Source: Thecamonas trahens ATCC 50062 (taxonomy: Eukaryota; Protista; Apusomonadida). Taken from it: DNA of 64,000 nucleotides. The stretch lies in the NCBI RefSeq assembly GCF_000142905.1, contig NW_013657659.1, positions 408,483 through 472,482 on the forward strand, in the 5' to 3' direction. Positions 42,301 through 55,800 of this stretch are shown piece after piece (the stretch's first letter is position 1; each line of letters opens with the position of its first letter). The translations under genes and the position numbers were made by a program. The notes under the pieces were generated by a model. It was not told the origin of the DNA, made no database searches, and saw only the letters and a program-made list of their open reading frames with translations.

Positions 42301-45300
42301 CCCACAAACGGCACCGCGAGGTACTTGCGCGTCTTGGGCATGGCGGCGAGGTAGGCGGCCGGAGCAGCGGCCTCTGCCGACGCCACCAACCGGCGCAGGT
42401 CGTGCGAGCGGAGGAGGCCGAACGAGACCCGATCAACCTTGCTCAGAATGTGCGGCAAGAAGTAATTGAGCCAGTCATGTGCCAGGTTGAGGACCTTGAT
42501 GGCGTCCGGCTCACACGCTGTGGCAAGCGCAGCAACGACCCGGTTGGTGTCAACAGCACAGTCGTCGCGGAACAAGAGGTAGTGGGTCAGCTCGCTCGCT
42601 GAGAGCGGCGCGCCCGAGCCGCAGAGTCCGCAGCCGTCTGCGAGCCAGACCCCGGCCCACTCGACGAGAATCGGCTTGAGGCTGGCGTGGTAGTAGGACT
42701 TGGCGAGCAGGACCACATGCGGGTTCGTCTGCAGCGCCATCTGCGACTCGCCGGAGAGCAGCGCGGCGGTGAGGTTGTGCAGGATGTCGACAGCACGGCG
42801 CGAGTCGCGATAGCGCGGCGGTACGTCGAGGGCTGCCGCGGCAGCCACGCCCTCCAGCAGGTGCATCGGCAGCGCCCAGCGGGTACCGTCGTGAGCAAAC
42901 TCGACCGGCTCTTGCTTGCCCATTGGCCAGTTGAGCTCTGACCTGAGCGGGTGCAAGATGAGATCAACTTCGTCAAGCATGAGCACGCTCTCGCGGAAGA
43001 TGGCGTTGACAGCCCGGGCGGTAGCGTGCTGCTCACGGAGCGCGACCGAGATGCCTGCCAGCGACGCAGGCGTCCCATCCCACTCGCGGGCAAACGACGA
43101 GAGCAGAGCGCAGCCGGCGTCGAGAAACTCGGCCTCGGAGCCGATGACCAGTCGGCCGCGAGCGGCATCACCCGGACTCGCAGCGAGGGCATGCGTCGGC
43201 TGCGACTGGCTCGACGGCTCGCGGGTGGCAAAGAAGAACGAGTGGACAGCGCGGCGTGCCGAGCGTAGCTTTGACGTGTCGGCAAGGACGCCGCGGGCCA
43301 TGGCGGCTTCGACTGCCGGGGAAAAGTCGGCCAGGGCCGCGAGGACGTGTGATACCTCAACAAGCTTGAGCTGGTACGACTTGATGGCGGTCGGGGTGGT
43401 GATGAGGACGGCGCCGCGGGCGCGCGCCAGGGTGAGCGCCTCGAGCAGCTGCGGCGCAATGATCCGCGAGCGGTCAAACGCAAAGGTGTAGACCGGTTTG
43501 GTGACGACGGCGGCAAAGGCGGAGCGGAGGACCGATCGTGAGAACTCGAGGAGCGGCGCCGGCACAACTTGGACAACAAGCTGTGACGGAGAGGAGAGGA
43601 CCAGCGCAAGCAGCGGCGCAATGACCGTCGTCTTGCCGGCACCCATGATCATCTGGTGACAGAGCGACTGCGAGCACGACGCGGCGGCCACAAAGGTCCT
43701 CACAAGTCGGACTTGCGACGACCGGAGCAGAAGCTGGTTGAGGAACTCAAAGACAAGGAAGCGCGGGTCAAAGCAAAGCAGCGCCGACGAAGACTTGTGG
43801 CTCTCAAAGTACGTCCGCGGGGCGACGAGTTCGGCCGCGAGCTTAGAGCCTTTGAACACGAGCTCCTGGATGAGCGCCGAGTCGAGCGCGCGGTTTGGCC
43901 GGTTCGACGCGTCGAGCATGTGGACAACCGCCGAGCCAAGCTCTGCGATGAGGCCCGAGGTAGCGGCAAGCGCGCGACCGACGTGGGCGACGCGGGAGGC
44001 GTGGAGCGCAGCAACGACAGTAAGTGAGAGGACACGGCGGAGGAGCGCGCGCGAGCCTTGGCTCGCCAGCCACGGGTTGAGCCGCTGGAGCGAAGCAGGC
44101 GCCTTGGTCGACATCAGCAGCTCAACGAGAGCTGGGAGCCGCGGCGACGGCTCGGTGCGCCCGAGCCTGGCGAACACGGTCGCCATGCCAGCGGCGGAGT
44201 CGTGCGGCGCGTAGTTGGCGGCGTCGACGGCGGCAGCGGCCGAGGCGGCAGCAGCAGCAGATGCCGTGGCGTGCGCCGCAAGCAGCTGTGCCTTGAGTGA
44301 GTCGAGGGCGGCGATGATGTCGGCTACGCGGGCGGCCTGAATGCTCGGACTCGCGCTTTCGATGCCAGACGACGGCGCGAGCGGCTCGAGCGCGGCGAGG
44401 CGGAGCGAAGAGGCGTCGCGGGCAGCGTAGGCAGCAATGTCGCCATTGAGCCGAGCAAGGAGTGCAGCGCCAACAGGTGAGTCTGCGCCTGGGACCGAGG
44501 CCGGGTTGAACGGCATGCTGCTCAACCGCGGTTGGCCATCGGCGGTTGACAGAACCATGTCCTCGACCCGCAGCAGCGAGGCGAGCGGAACCTGGGCGAG
44601 GGCCTGGAGCTCGGGGCCCGAGATGGCCAGGTCGGACGTGTTTGAGGCCGAAACCGGGCCGACAGTCCCGTTGCGCGAGCCGTAGTTGTCAACGACGTGA
44701 GCAAGGAGGCCCAGGGCAGCGGCACGTTCGCGCGCGAGCTGCGGCAGCGGCGCGACCGCGACCGGGTGCGAGGCCGGCAGTGGCCAGAGTGCCCAGCTCG
44801 CGACCGAGAGCGGAAGGCGCGGAAGGTTGGGCAGCGGGTACCGGGCTTCGGCAAGTGCTGCCGCCAGCGGCGCCACAAAGGCGTCAAATAAGGCCGCGGC
44901 GTCCTGCGCGAGAGCGGCAGCAGCCTCGGCGGATGAGCCCTGGTCGCCCGATGAGAAGATCGAGATAACCGAGGTGAAGACCGACGAGTCGCGCTTGGCC
45001 TGTGCGGCGCGGACCTGGCGAGCGGCAGACTGGGCGAGGAGCGGCGGCTCGAGGGCTGGGAGTGCAGCAGTCTGAGCGGATGAGCGGGCGGCGGCAAGCT
45101 TGACGAGAACATGGTCAAAGAACGAGAGCGGCTCTGTCGGGTCGAGCGCAGCAGGACACGTCATGTGGACATAGAGCGCAGCAGAAAGGAGAGGATCGTC
45201 CGACTCGAGGAGCTGCAGCGAGAGCGAGCAGGTGAGAAGCTCGTAGCAAAGAAGGAAAGCTGCCGGCGGCGATGGGAGATCGGCGGCCAGGAGGCTAGCA

Positions 45301-48300
45301 GCTGCCGTGCCGGTGATGGTGCGGTCTGCCGACCCGAGCGGGATCGGGCGGGAGTAGGGCGCCGCAACGAGGGCGCGTGCGGTGTCGAGCGTCGGGTCTG
45401 CGCTCGGTGCTGCGGCAGAGTATGCAGCGCGCGCGCGCGCGGCGGCTGTGGCGCGAGCGGCGGCGAGCTCGGCATGCTGGACCGCGCGCTGGACATGCGG
45501 GTACATGCCCGGGTCGGCAAGGAGCGCCGCGTGCGAAGCATGCGGCGAGAGGGCATGCGCCAGGAGCGAGTAGCGGTTGGCCATGTGGAGCGAGCGGCTC
45601 GGTAGCGAGTCGATGCCGAGGCCGCGGGCGTTCAGCCATGCATGGTAGAGCGAGAGCTCGGCGGCCGGCGCCAGCGCGAGATCGGCCGGAACAGCGAGAC
45701 GGAGCTCGGCGTACCGCTGAAGCTCGGTACCGAGATCCCACGGGAGGATCGGGAGCGAGGCGGCCATGGCCGGGCCCTGCAACGCCGCAAGCGAGGCGTT
45801 GAGGAAAACAGCCGAGAGTGCGAGGCGAAAAGCGGTGGCGTCCGGAGAAGGCGGCGCCGAGGCAAGGACGGAGGTGAGGAGGGCAAACATCTTGGCTTCG
45901 AGCGGGGCAAAAACACCATCCGAGACCGCTGACTCGAGCGAGGCACGTGCAACAATGTACTCGCAATGGGCGAGGCGAAGGGCGAGGAGGAAGAGGCCCG
46001 AGGCGAGCGAGGGCGGGACGAGGAAGGCGTTGGAGGCGTGGACACGGTAGAGGAACGACTTGGTGTCGAGGCCGTCGATCCAGGCGGGCGGCGCCGATCG
46101 CCACAGAGTGTGGCTCGCCAGCGGCGCGTCTGGCGCTGCGGCGATGGCGGGAACGTGAAGCGCGGAAACAAGGACAAACCACGAGGCTGCAGCGTCGCGA
46201 AGGACGAGGGCGTGCGGAAGGGCGGCAAGGAGGCCAGCGAGCGCAAGCGGCAGGCGGGCGGCCGGCGACCAGTATAACCCAGCGTGGTCGCGTGAGACCA
46301 AGATCTTGGCGCCTGGTGCTGCATCGAGCTCGTCTTCCACCCGGAAGCGCAGGCCGAGGCGCGGGAGATCAACCGCGAGCGGCGCAAGGTCGAGGGGGCG
46401 GCCCAGACGAGGGTGTGGGAAGCGTCCTCAAGGCGGAGGAGGGCGGCAGCGAGCGAGGCAGCAAACGGCGTGGCCGATCCGGCGGCGCGGGCGTGATGGA
46501 TGTTGAGCAGTACGACATGGTCTGGCAGGCTACGGAGGTCAGGCGGCGAGGGCATGAACGCCTCACGGACTGCCGAGAGCGAAGCAGAAGAGATCGAGTC
46601 AAAACGGCGAACAACCGTGACAACGTGCGGGGCGAGGCCGAGGCCAAGGTCGAGGCTGTCGGCGGCGGCAGGGGCGAGAGGCTCGGCCCAGAGCTCGACG
46701 TGGACGAACGAGCGGGTGAGAGCCGGGCGGCGCGGGTGGCCGACAAGATGCCGGTTGCCGACTTGTTGCCAGAACTGGTAGTCGGCAAGGAGAGCGTCCG
46801 GAAGCGCGCCGTAGAGGCAGTCGTCCGGGATGAGGGTCTCGTAGGAGCCGCCGAGGTGGAGCATGTCAAAGCGACGGGTGATGACCAAGTCGGGCTCGCG
46901 AAGAGGCGGCGGGAGGCTTGGATCGCCGCCGGCAGTGGAAGTCGGGCCGGATGCGGTTGTGAGGAGCCGCGGGAGAGCGTGGAGGGCGAGCGGTGCGGAC
47001 GAGGCAAAGCAAGCGAGCGATGGAAGACGCGGCCGACCGAGAAGACGTTGTAGACCGAGACAAGGCGAGTGATGGGTGAGGCCGTGATGAGCTTGAGGGA
47101 GCTGTTGGGCCCAGAGGCGTAGGCCGCGAGAGGAAGCGGCGTGCCTGTGGGAGCGGTGTCTGCGAGCGGGAGGGCCCATGTTGTGCCCGGGAACCAGCGG
47201 GCGAGAATGGGTTCAAGCGCCGACCAGGCCCAGACGTATCGCGGCGGCAAGTGGTGGCTTGCGGCGAAGGAGATGGTGGTCTCCTGAGCGAGGAGGGCTG
47301 CGAGGAGCTTGGGGCCGCGGTCGTCCGGGGTGAGCCAGTGGGCGATGTCAAGCGGTGCGGCAAGAATGCGGTAGCGCGAGCGGGCGGCCGAGTGGTCGAG
47401 GGCGAGGCACTGGACGCGGGCACCGCCGACGGCCGGTTCACCGTATGCGGCGACAAAGTCTGGGGCGCCGCCGAGAGCTTCGGCAAGCATGGCCATCTCG
47501 CGGTTCTTCATGGTGAAGAGGCCGAGCTGGACGTTGACCTCGGTGCCGAGGTCGGGTGAGCAGGTGCGCGCGAGCCACGAGGCGTAGTCTTCACCGGGCT
47601 GGGCGCAGAGGTCAAGCGAGTCGGCGACGAGGGCAAGCTCGGCCTGTGGCACGAGGCGACCGTGGCATCCAGGCAAGCCGATGTGGGTCCAGACCCGCGA
47701 CGGCGGCGGAAGCGGATCAAGCGACGAGAGCGGCGGGCCGAGTGGGGCTGACTTGGCCAGGACGTTGGAGACGGCGTCCATGACGGACGAGGTGACGCTC
47801 TCGCCGGCAGCATCGAGAAAGGCAAGAATGGCGTTGCGCGACGAGTCAAAGAGGGTGTAGAGGGTGATGAGAGGGAGGCCACCGAGGGTGAGGCAAGCGT
47901 CATCGGCTAGGGCGGCGGCGGCGCGAGTCCGCTCCAGCGGGGCGTCAAGGTAGGGTGAGCCCTGGGTCGACGGCGGATCGAGGTTGAAGGTCAGGTTGGA
48001 GTTGATGAACAGCTGGGTGCGAGGAGGGTGACGACATGGGGCGCCGTGAGTGCGTAGGCCTCCAGATTGGAGATCGAGAGCGCGATGTGACCCATGACGG
48101 CGCATGCAACGTCGAGGTTGTGCTCAGCAAGCGCGCGGAGGCGCCATCGCTCGAGAATGCGGTAGATCTTGTCAAAGAGGAGCGAGCGAAGCTTGGCAGC
48201 ACCCTGGGCGAGCAGGTGGAGACTCGAGTGGGCAAGAGCCGGCGGGGCAGCAAGGTCTCGGCGCGGAGCGCGGTAGGAGGCACTGGCAACGCGCGGGGCA

Positions 48301-51300
48301 TCGTCGATCCAGGCATGATGGCGGAGGAGGGCGAGGACATGGGCCTCGACCTTGACGGCCAGCCTGATGAGGTAAAGAAGGACGGGTGAAGTGGTGGGGA
48401 GTAGCGGCCGGGATCGAGGTCGGCGGCGAGGACCAGAAGCTTGAGAACGGCCTCGAGGCAGAGGCGTGGCGAGTGGATGAGCTCGTTGAAGAGGAGGCCG
48501 TTGGAGGTGGCAAAGACCTCGGGCTGTTCGAGAGCCGGGATGGAGGCCGGGAGAGTGCGGGCACCCGGGGCGAGCCAGGCACCGGGCTCAAAGAGGGCGG
48601 CGTCGAGAACGGCCTGCAGCTCCGGGGCGGCGAGAGCGTAGACACGGGTCTCGTCGGCAAAGAACTGCATGAGGAGCGGAATGCGAAGATACGGCGCGGT
48701 GAGGGTCTGCAGCATCAGCTCCGAGTCGCGGGCGGAGAGGACGTCGCCGAAGGTGGGCATGTCAACGATGTGGAGGACGTCGTCTTCGTTGACAATGAGG
48801 GGACGACGGCGATCAGCCGAATCGGGCAGGGTCGACGCCTTTGCGTCGGACGGGAGCAGAGCGTTAGGGTCTGCGGCCGAGGGCGCGATGCGCGGGGCGC
48901 GGCCGGACGGGTTTGTAAAGGTGCGAAAGTAGGCCGAGATGACCGAGGGGGTGTACTTGGACATGCCCTTGGCGATTTTCTGGCCGAGCGAGACGCACGA
49001 CAGCTCCTTGCCACCAAATGCGGAGACCTCAAAGCCGACGGTGGGATCGAACGACCACTCGAGCGCCGCGTCGATGGGCCGCCAGGCAGCGACAGGTGGC
49101 AGGGTCTCGGACGACGGGACCATGAGGAGGCGAAAGGTAAAGACAACGTCGCGGAGGATGCGGAACTCGGGAAAGTGGTCTACGAGCGAGCGGTCGATGC
49201 CGACAACGTATCGCTCGAGAGTGATCGAGTTTGGTGGACCGGTAGAAAAGCCAAGGGCGAGGCAGAGTTGCGAGACAAAGGCGGTGTCGCCCGGCGAGAG
49301 AAAGTTGGAGCCATCAAACGAGAACAGGTTGTGGTCTTCGGGCACAGCACGAGCGGTCGAGGCAAAGTAGTCGAGGAGGGCGGCGCGGGCGAGGAGAAGG
49401 TCGGGCGAGGCAAAGAGCATGGTCTCGGACTCAAGGGCGTAAAAGCCAATGGAAAAGCCAAACGGCGCGACAGGGCCGAGTGCGGCGCCGGCGTAGTGAA
49501 GCGAGACCGGCGACGGGCGGTCGCAGGCGACGATGCGGATGATACGGTCAGTGAGGGCGGCCATGCAACCAAGGGTGGTGATGCGGGTGGCATCAAGGAA
49601 GCGGTCGATGGGAAGCGCCAGCGCAGCCGACGCAAAGTGGCGCGAGAGCAGGTCGATGAGATGGAGGAGGCGGGCCTGGGTCTCGGCCCGCATGGGCGAG
49701 GCGAGCCAAAAGCACGATGGCGTTTGTGGAGCGTCGAGAGGAAGCGGGAGCGGAAGAACTGAGACAAAGAGGCGAGCAATGAGGGTGACCCGGATGAGGT
49801 ACCCGTTCTTGACCTGTGCACCTTGGTTGGCGAGGAGAATCGAGGCATCGAGGGTATGCCGGAGCGCGTCGAGCGCATCATCGAGGCTTTCCACGGTAAG
49901 CGGAACGTCCGAGAGCTGGACTGGGCGGAAAATGGGAGGCAGCGGCGCACCGCCAGCGAGAGAGGCCGTGTCAAACGGATCGATCAGATGGGCGAGGTTC
50001 GGGAAGTCGGTGAGCGAGGCCGAGGCAGGCATGCCAGACACTGGGCTCGGGAGCACCGTGTGAGCGGCAGTGTGGAGGCTCGCGAGATGAGCTGCAATAT
50101 TGGTGAGCGAGGTGAGTGTGGCGAGCTGGATTTCGGCGGTGCGGGGAGACGGCGGAGTGTGTGCGAGGGAGCGCGCCAGCGACCGGGCGTAGACGTCGAG
50201 CCGCGTGGCGTCGGCGGCGTCGGTGGCGGCAAGAAGGTCGGAGTCGTCGAGTGGAAGAAGCGCCGAGTGGACGGCGTCGAGGAGGGCGTAGCCGAGAGAC
50301 GATCGAAAAGCAGGCGGGTCGGGCGAAGCAAGAGCCAGGGCGGCGACAACCAGCTCGACATAGTGGGAGTCGGCCGGGACGGAGCCGGCGTCAAGCCAGA
50401 GCGGCGGCGGAGGCGGCGGACACGATCGGCAGGGGAGGCTCTGTGTGAAGCTCAGCAGCCTGGAGTACAGCAGATCGAGGCCAGCAGCAAACGAGTCCTG
50501 CTCTGTGACCATCGGGGTGTAGACGTAGTGCCAAAAGGCGCCCAGCAAGAGGCAGGATGCTGGGAGCGGGACCGAGAGCAGCGGCGAGAGCCGGAGTCGG
50601 CCGGTGGCGTCGTCGATGTCGTAGGCGTGGTAAGGGAGGGCAAGGCCGTCGCGGCGCATTGTCGAGACGAGGGTGAGCCGAGCGTCGTGGGCCGAGGTTG
50701 TGACCAGAAGCAAGAGGCAGACGGTGTCGTCGGGCGTGGTGACGCCAGTAGGGACGATGATCGACGCACCCGGCGGCATGGCGGCACAGAGGGCGACGGT
50801 GTCGGCGACGAGAGTGACAGTATGCGCCTGAGCGCGGAGGCCTGATGCGCCAGCCAAGGCAGATATGAGCGCGAGAGCCGTGGCGGCGGCCGGCGGTGGA
50901 GCCGCGAGGTGCTCGACAAGCGTGGCGAGGGTGTGGCGGAGACGGGCAAGGGCGAGGGAGCGGGTCTGCGGCTCGCGGGGAGCGGGACATACATGCGTCG
51001 GCGCAAAGAGGGCAGCGGTGATAGGAGAAGCAAGCAGCACAATCGGCGGCGGAATGGCAGGGCCCGGGTCCGGAGGCTGGAAGTGCAGCAGGAGAGGCGG
51101 CTCGATGCCAGCGAGTGTCGCATCTGGTGGCGCATTGGGTGTCGCGTCGGGCTGCGAAGGCTCGGACGAGACGGCGGAGGTGTCTGGCGCGGATGCGGGT
51201 GCATGCAAGGCAAGAACGGCACCAAGAGCTGGTGATGACGATGTTGCGTCGGCGGCAAGGAGATCGGTACCCCACTTTGGGCCCGAGGTCGACGGGTCGG

Positions 51301-51460
51301 CGGCGGCGGCGGCGGCAGCGGCGGCAGCTGAGGCGGCGGCCGAGGCAGCGGCGGCGGCCGAGGTGGATGTTCTTCCGGACGAGCCCGGTGTGTATTTGTT
51401 GACGGCCTTCTTGACGTTCTTTACCGTCCGTGTGAGAAAGTTGTCGGCGAGGAAGGACAT
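39315..51460 (-). CDS. Giant (~4,049 aa if repaired) DUF3638/DUF3645 P-loop SF2-helicase-like protein with C-terminal EF-hand pair; broken by four apparent 1-nt deletions near 48397, 48016, 47008 and 46396
   Basis: Motifs HQMIMGAGKTTVIAPLL, LDEVDLIL, LAVPFVGKDVASRTNEFSHAEVAIGLT, GFSGT, FYDQVHTTGMDI, QAAFRMRG, (EQ)n and EF-hand-like AFTALDADAAGSL / LFREMDEARQGVVAFDDF. 12,146 nt + 4 = 4,050 codons, and the protein reads continuously across the shifts. Confidence 0.82.
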
Positions 51461-51545
51461 GACGTTGTGTGTGAGTGAGGTGGTGTGTGTGGGAACAATG
51501 GTTCTGCGGCGGCAGTGGCATGTGGGTGTCACGGCAGAGGATTGT

Positions 51546-52559
51546 TTACGAGGGTGCGGCGGAGGCCGAGTATGTGGCATGGAGGCCAAAGTGGTCAGAG
51601 ATGAAGATGGGGTGGTTGGTGGAGGCATGGTGGGCAAAGGGGATGGTGCCAAGCCGGTCAATGGAGGCTGGCGCGAAGCGCGAGGGCTGGAATAGGAGGA
51701 TGCGATCGAGGCGTGCGTGCTTGGCAGTGGGCCGAAAGAGGGCGCGCATGATGTTGATGTCGGTGTCCTCGGTCCAGCCCGGGTCACCGGAGTGGAGCGT
51801 CGACCACGTGTCGAGTGAGACGTCGCGGAAGGCGGCATTAAGGGCCGAGTCGGCCGGGTCGAGCTCGGCGCACTCGTTGGTGTCGCCCATGAGCCACACG
51901 TCGTCGCCAGCGGCGACAAAGGTGGAGAGGCGGTCGATGAGGGCACGGCCCTGTAAGAGCCGCTTGTGATCCGAGCCGGCATTGACGGCAGACTCCATGT
52001 GGACGTTGCCGACAACCAGGCCGTGGCCATCGGGCGGGCCGAGGCGGACATAGAGCAGATCGCGGCCCTGCTCAGTATCGGCAGGCGGGTAAGCCATGCG
52101 GACTACGTCGACGGGGAGGTCGACGCCCGGCCCGTCGAGCTCGGGCACCGCGAGACGGACAAAGGTGACAGTAAAGTACCAGGCAAAGTGATCGTTTGGC
52201 GGCCACGAGCCGAGGTAGCGCGCGGAGAGCTCCGGATGAGCGAGCCACTGGGCCTTGAACCAGAGGGTGGCTTCCTGGATGCAGACAAAGTCCGGGTCGG
52301 CAGCAAGGATGGCGTCGGCGAGAGCAGCAAAGCGAGCTTTGCGCTCGTACATCTCAAACCAGATGTTATACGAGATGAACGATAGAGCTGAGGACGAGGA
52401 CGACGAGGACGAGGCCGGCGTTGACAAGCGCGGCTCGTCACTTGTGTGCGACAGGGCGACAGCGGCAGCCAGCCGCGCAGGAACACACACTGTCTGCTTC
52501 AGACCAGCACCGTCCATACTCTGGCTTTCACTCTCTGTCTTTGATTGGTTCTTGCCCAT
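51546..52559 (-). CDS. TDP2-like endonuclease/exonuclease/phosphatase (tyrosyl-DNA phosphodiesterase 2)
   Basis: FISYNIWF, DFVCIQEA, GRDLL, NVHMES, LMGDTN, WTEDTDIN, RLDRILL, FISDHFGL. Start uncertain (52559 or 52619). Confidence 0.85.
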   Translation of the reverse strand: MGKNQSKTESESQSMDGAGLKQTVCVPARLAAAVALSHTSDEPRLSTPASSSSSSSSALSFISYNIWFEMYERKARFAALADAILAADPDFVCIQEATLWFKAQWLAHPELSARYLGSWPPNDHFAWYFTVTFVRLAVPELDGPGVDLPVDVVRMAYPPADTEQGRDLLYVRLGPPDGHGLVVGNVHMESAVNAGSDHKRLLQGRALIDRLSTFVAAGDDVWLMGDTNECAELDPADSALNAAFRDVSLDTWSTLHSGDPGWTEDTDINIMRALFRPTAKHARLDRILLFQPSRFAPASIDRLGTIPFAHHASTNHPIFISDHFGLHATYSASAAPS

Positions 52560-52881
52560 ACAACGGGGAAGGAGAGGGGAGGGGGGGGGGGAGGAAGGGT
52601 GAGAGAGGTAGTCTTCCATTCGAGAGTTCGAATGGCGTGTGGCCTGGCCGCCGTGTCGCAGACTTGGTGGTGGCGTGGCATGTTCGGTGGTGGTGGCGTG
52701 GCCCATCAGACGGCGAGTGCGGGAGGAGGGAGGAGGGAGGGAGGGAGGGAGGGAGGGAGAGGGTAGTGGTAATGGTACTTGACGTGCACGGGAGTGGAGG
52801 TCGAGAGTACTTGCTACAGACAGAGTAGCAGGTGGTTATTGTGCTGGATTGGTTGTGGAGGTCTCGGCTGGTGAACGGGGT

Positions 52882-55800
52882 ATGTGGACAGTGGGCAAGC
52901 ACCTCCTGCGGTTTGGCCGCAATGTCTCAGTCATTGTCTTTGCCGTCGTGGCTGCGCTCACCTATCTGAGCTGGTCCTGGACATGGCGCCGGGTTGTGGT
53001 TCCAGCTTGGGCGTTCTGTGTCTCGTTTGTGGTGTATGTGAACCCGGACGATGCATCTGAGGAGGAGGAGGACGACGAGGAGGAGGAGGAGGACGACGAT
53101 GATGACGGCGGTGGCGCGGAAGAGGTGGAAGTGGCCAGCGGCGGCGTGGCCGGCGATGGTGGGGCGAGTGCGGGAGGATCGAGCGGGGTGCGGCGGTCGC
53201 CGATGCTGAAGCGGCGGGTGCCGCGGCGGGTGTACCGGCAGAATCTGGGGGTACAAAGTGGGAGCGGTGGCGAGTCGCCGCTGGCGTCGCCGGGGGCGGC
53301 CTGTTCTACAGTCTGTTCAGCGGGGGATCGAACGAGGCGAGCGCGAGCGTGGCAAGCCTGCACGATCTTGTAGATGCCGAGTGCATGCCCGAGGCTAGTG
53401 ACGGATTCGTGGCGGCATGGGGCAAGGCGCTGATGCCGGACGTGTGGTGGGTGTGCGCGCGGGCGGAGCTGCGGCGCTCGGAGCGCGAGTGCGGCGAGTT
53501 TGCGAATATGGCGGAGGATGTGGCGGGCGACGAGGCGGTGCTTGCGCAGGCCGGGACGCTAGCGCGCGACGAGTACAAGGCGCGTGTCCGCGACATCCTG
53601 GGACAGCTGACAGCGGAGCAGGCGCCGTGGCTCCAGCGCGTTGTCCTGCTCTGCACACTCAAGGTGCTACGGCTGCTGTACGCATCGGGCATTTTTGTGG
53701 ACGTGGAGGACGTGCGCCGTGTGGTGCGTGAGATGGAGGCGCGGCCAAAGGCAGCGCTGCTGCTGCTCCCGACGCACCGATCGGCGATTGACTACGTGCT
53801 GGTGTGGTACATGTGCGTGGTGTGCCGGCTCCCGCTCCCGTACATGGTGGCCGAGTCGAAGCACCTCGAGCGGTCGTGGCTCAAGGCGTTGCTGGTGTAC
53901 ATTTTCCGGTCGCTGGGCTCTATCTTCCCGGACCATGCAGCGCTCGAGTCTGATCCGCTGTACGGAGCGGTGTACGCGTCGTACATGCGTAACCTCATTG
54001 GTCGCGGGGCGACGCTGCAGTGCTTCATCGAGGGCTCGCGATCGCGGACGGGCAAGTCAAAGCGACCGCAGCTCGGGCTGACGTCTTTTCTTGTGGACGC
54101 GGTGCAGAGCAACAAGGAGCTCGACGCAGTGGTGACGTGCATCGGGCTCGGGCACGCGCGGGTCATCGAGAACGCGCTCTTTGTCAACGAGCTTGTGGGT
54201 GACGAGGCTGGGGCACAGGCTGCGGCGGCGCGCGAGCACCTCGATCTGGAGGGACTTGCGTTTGCGACTACGTTGTTGTCGCGGATTCTGCGACGGCAGT
54301 TCTCGCTCGGGTCTGTGGACATGGGCATGGCCGCGCCGTTCTCGCTCCGAGAGTTTGTGCGGCGACAGTGGCAGACGGACGAGGGGGTGTTTGGCTTTTG
54401 CGGCGTGCGTGCGTCGGCGATCGACGTGCCGCGGCTGTCGCGGGCGTCATCGCCGACGAGATCACTCGAGTTTGCGCGAGTGGCGCCTGCGCCGGTCGAC
54501 GCGTCCGAGCCCGGGCGCGAGGCCGGCGACGCCGCGTGGGTGGCGGCGGCGGTCGGGTCGTCGTCGACCGAGTCGAGCGTGTCTGACGACGACAACGGCG
54601 CGTTTACGGACATGTCATCGATTGCCGGCGGCGGCAACGGCGACGAGTCGAGGAAGGGCTCGCCTGAAGCGGGCCTGGTTGTCGACGTGGCGCTCTCGCC
54701 GACCAAGACGCAGTTCGCCAGTGAGCTTGTCGGGCGGCTGCAGCGACTGGTGCCGGCAGCAGGTGTGCCGATAGCGTCGCGAGTGCCGAGCCTCGGCTCG
54801 CCGGTCAAGATCTTACATGAGAGCGGAAGCGCGTGGCAGGCACCGCATGTCGGGCGCGGGGCGCTGATGCTGCCGTCGCGGAGCAGCAGGCAGATCCTCA
54901 CGCCGCGGTCTGCGGGGGTGGCGGCTGCGGCTGCGCCGCGTGCGCATGCTGTCTCGCTCGCGCTCACGCACAATGTCATGTACCTGTGCAACAGCGCGTC
55001 GGTGGTTGTGCCGTCGGCGGTGGTGGGCACTATCCTTCTCACGCACTACAAGCGCGGACTAGCGTTGAAGGACCTCGCGCAGTGCGTGACGTGGCTCCGC
55101 AACGAGGTCCGCAAGCGCGGGTTCAGGGTGGCGGCGCGGGCGCGCGGGTCGTTTGAGAGCGACGTGGCGCAGCTGGTCAACCGGGTGCTCTCGTCGCGGG
55201 ACTCGGGCTCGTCGAACGAGATGGTGAAGAAGTTCCGCGGTGACACGCTCCTGTTTGGACTCTACACGCCTGAGGAGCGGATGCTTCTTGTGTTCTACCG
55301 CAACCAACTGATGCACGTGTTTGTGCCCGAGGCGCTGGTGTGCGCAGCGCTGTACGCGCTCGAGCGCAAACGCGGCGAGTTTCCGGCGCGGGTGTCGGGA
55401 CGCGATCTGCGGCGGTACACACACTTTCTGGTCCAGCTGTTCCGGTTCGAGTTTGCGTTCCCACCGTCGTCGTTCCACCGCGACACGTTTTCGGAGACGG
55501 TGGAAAGCCTTGTGCAACGGCGGATCCTGGTGCGGAGCGCAGTTGGCGAGCCGGGTGAGATCGACTCGGACATGTTTAGCGTCGACTCGCGCGACGACGA
55601 CTCGTTGGTGGAGTCGACGTTTGTCTCGCACGGAACCGGGATGTACCTGTTCCTCTGCTCGCTCCTCTGGCCGTTTCTCGACTCGTACTTTCTGTGCGCG
55701 CTCGGCCTGTTTGCGCTACTCGAGCCGGCTGGCGGGCAACGGCCGCCTGTGGAAGTGTCGGCCTTTGTGGCACACGTACAGAAGAACGTGGGTGAGGCGG

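Noticed and set aside
39315-51460. Calling the giant gene a pseudogene
   Set aside because: There are no in-frame stops over 12 kb, motifs are intact, and all breaks are same-direction at homopolymers, which fits sequence error or recoding better than decay.
47945-52051. ORF-track 1,368-aa protein as a separate gene overlapping the TDP2-like gene
   Set aside because: Its first ~197 aa are an off-frame read of the TDP2-like CDS and intergenic DNA. The real start is probably 51460, and it continues through frame breaks into the giant gene.
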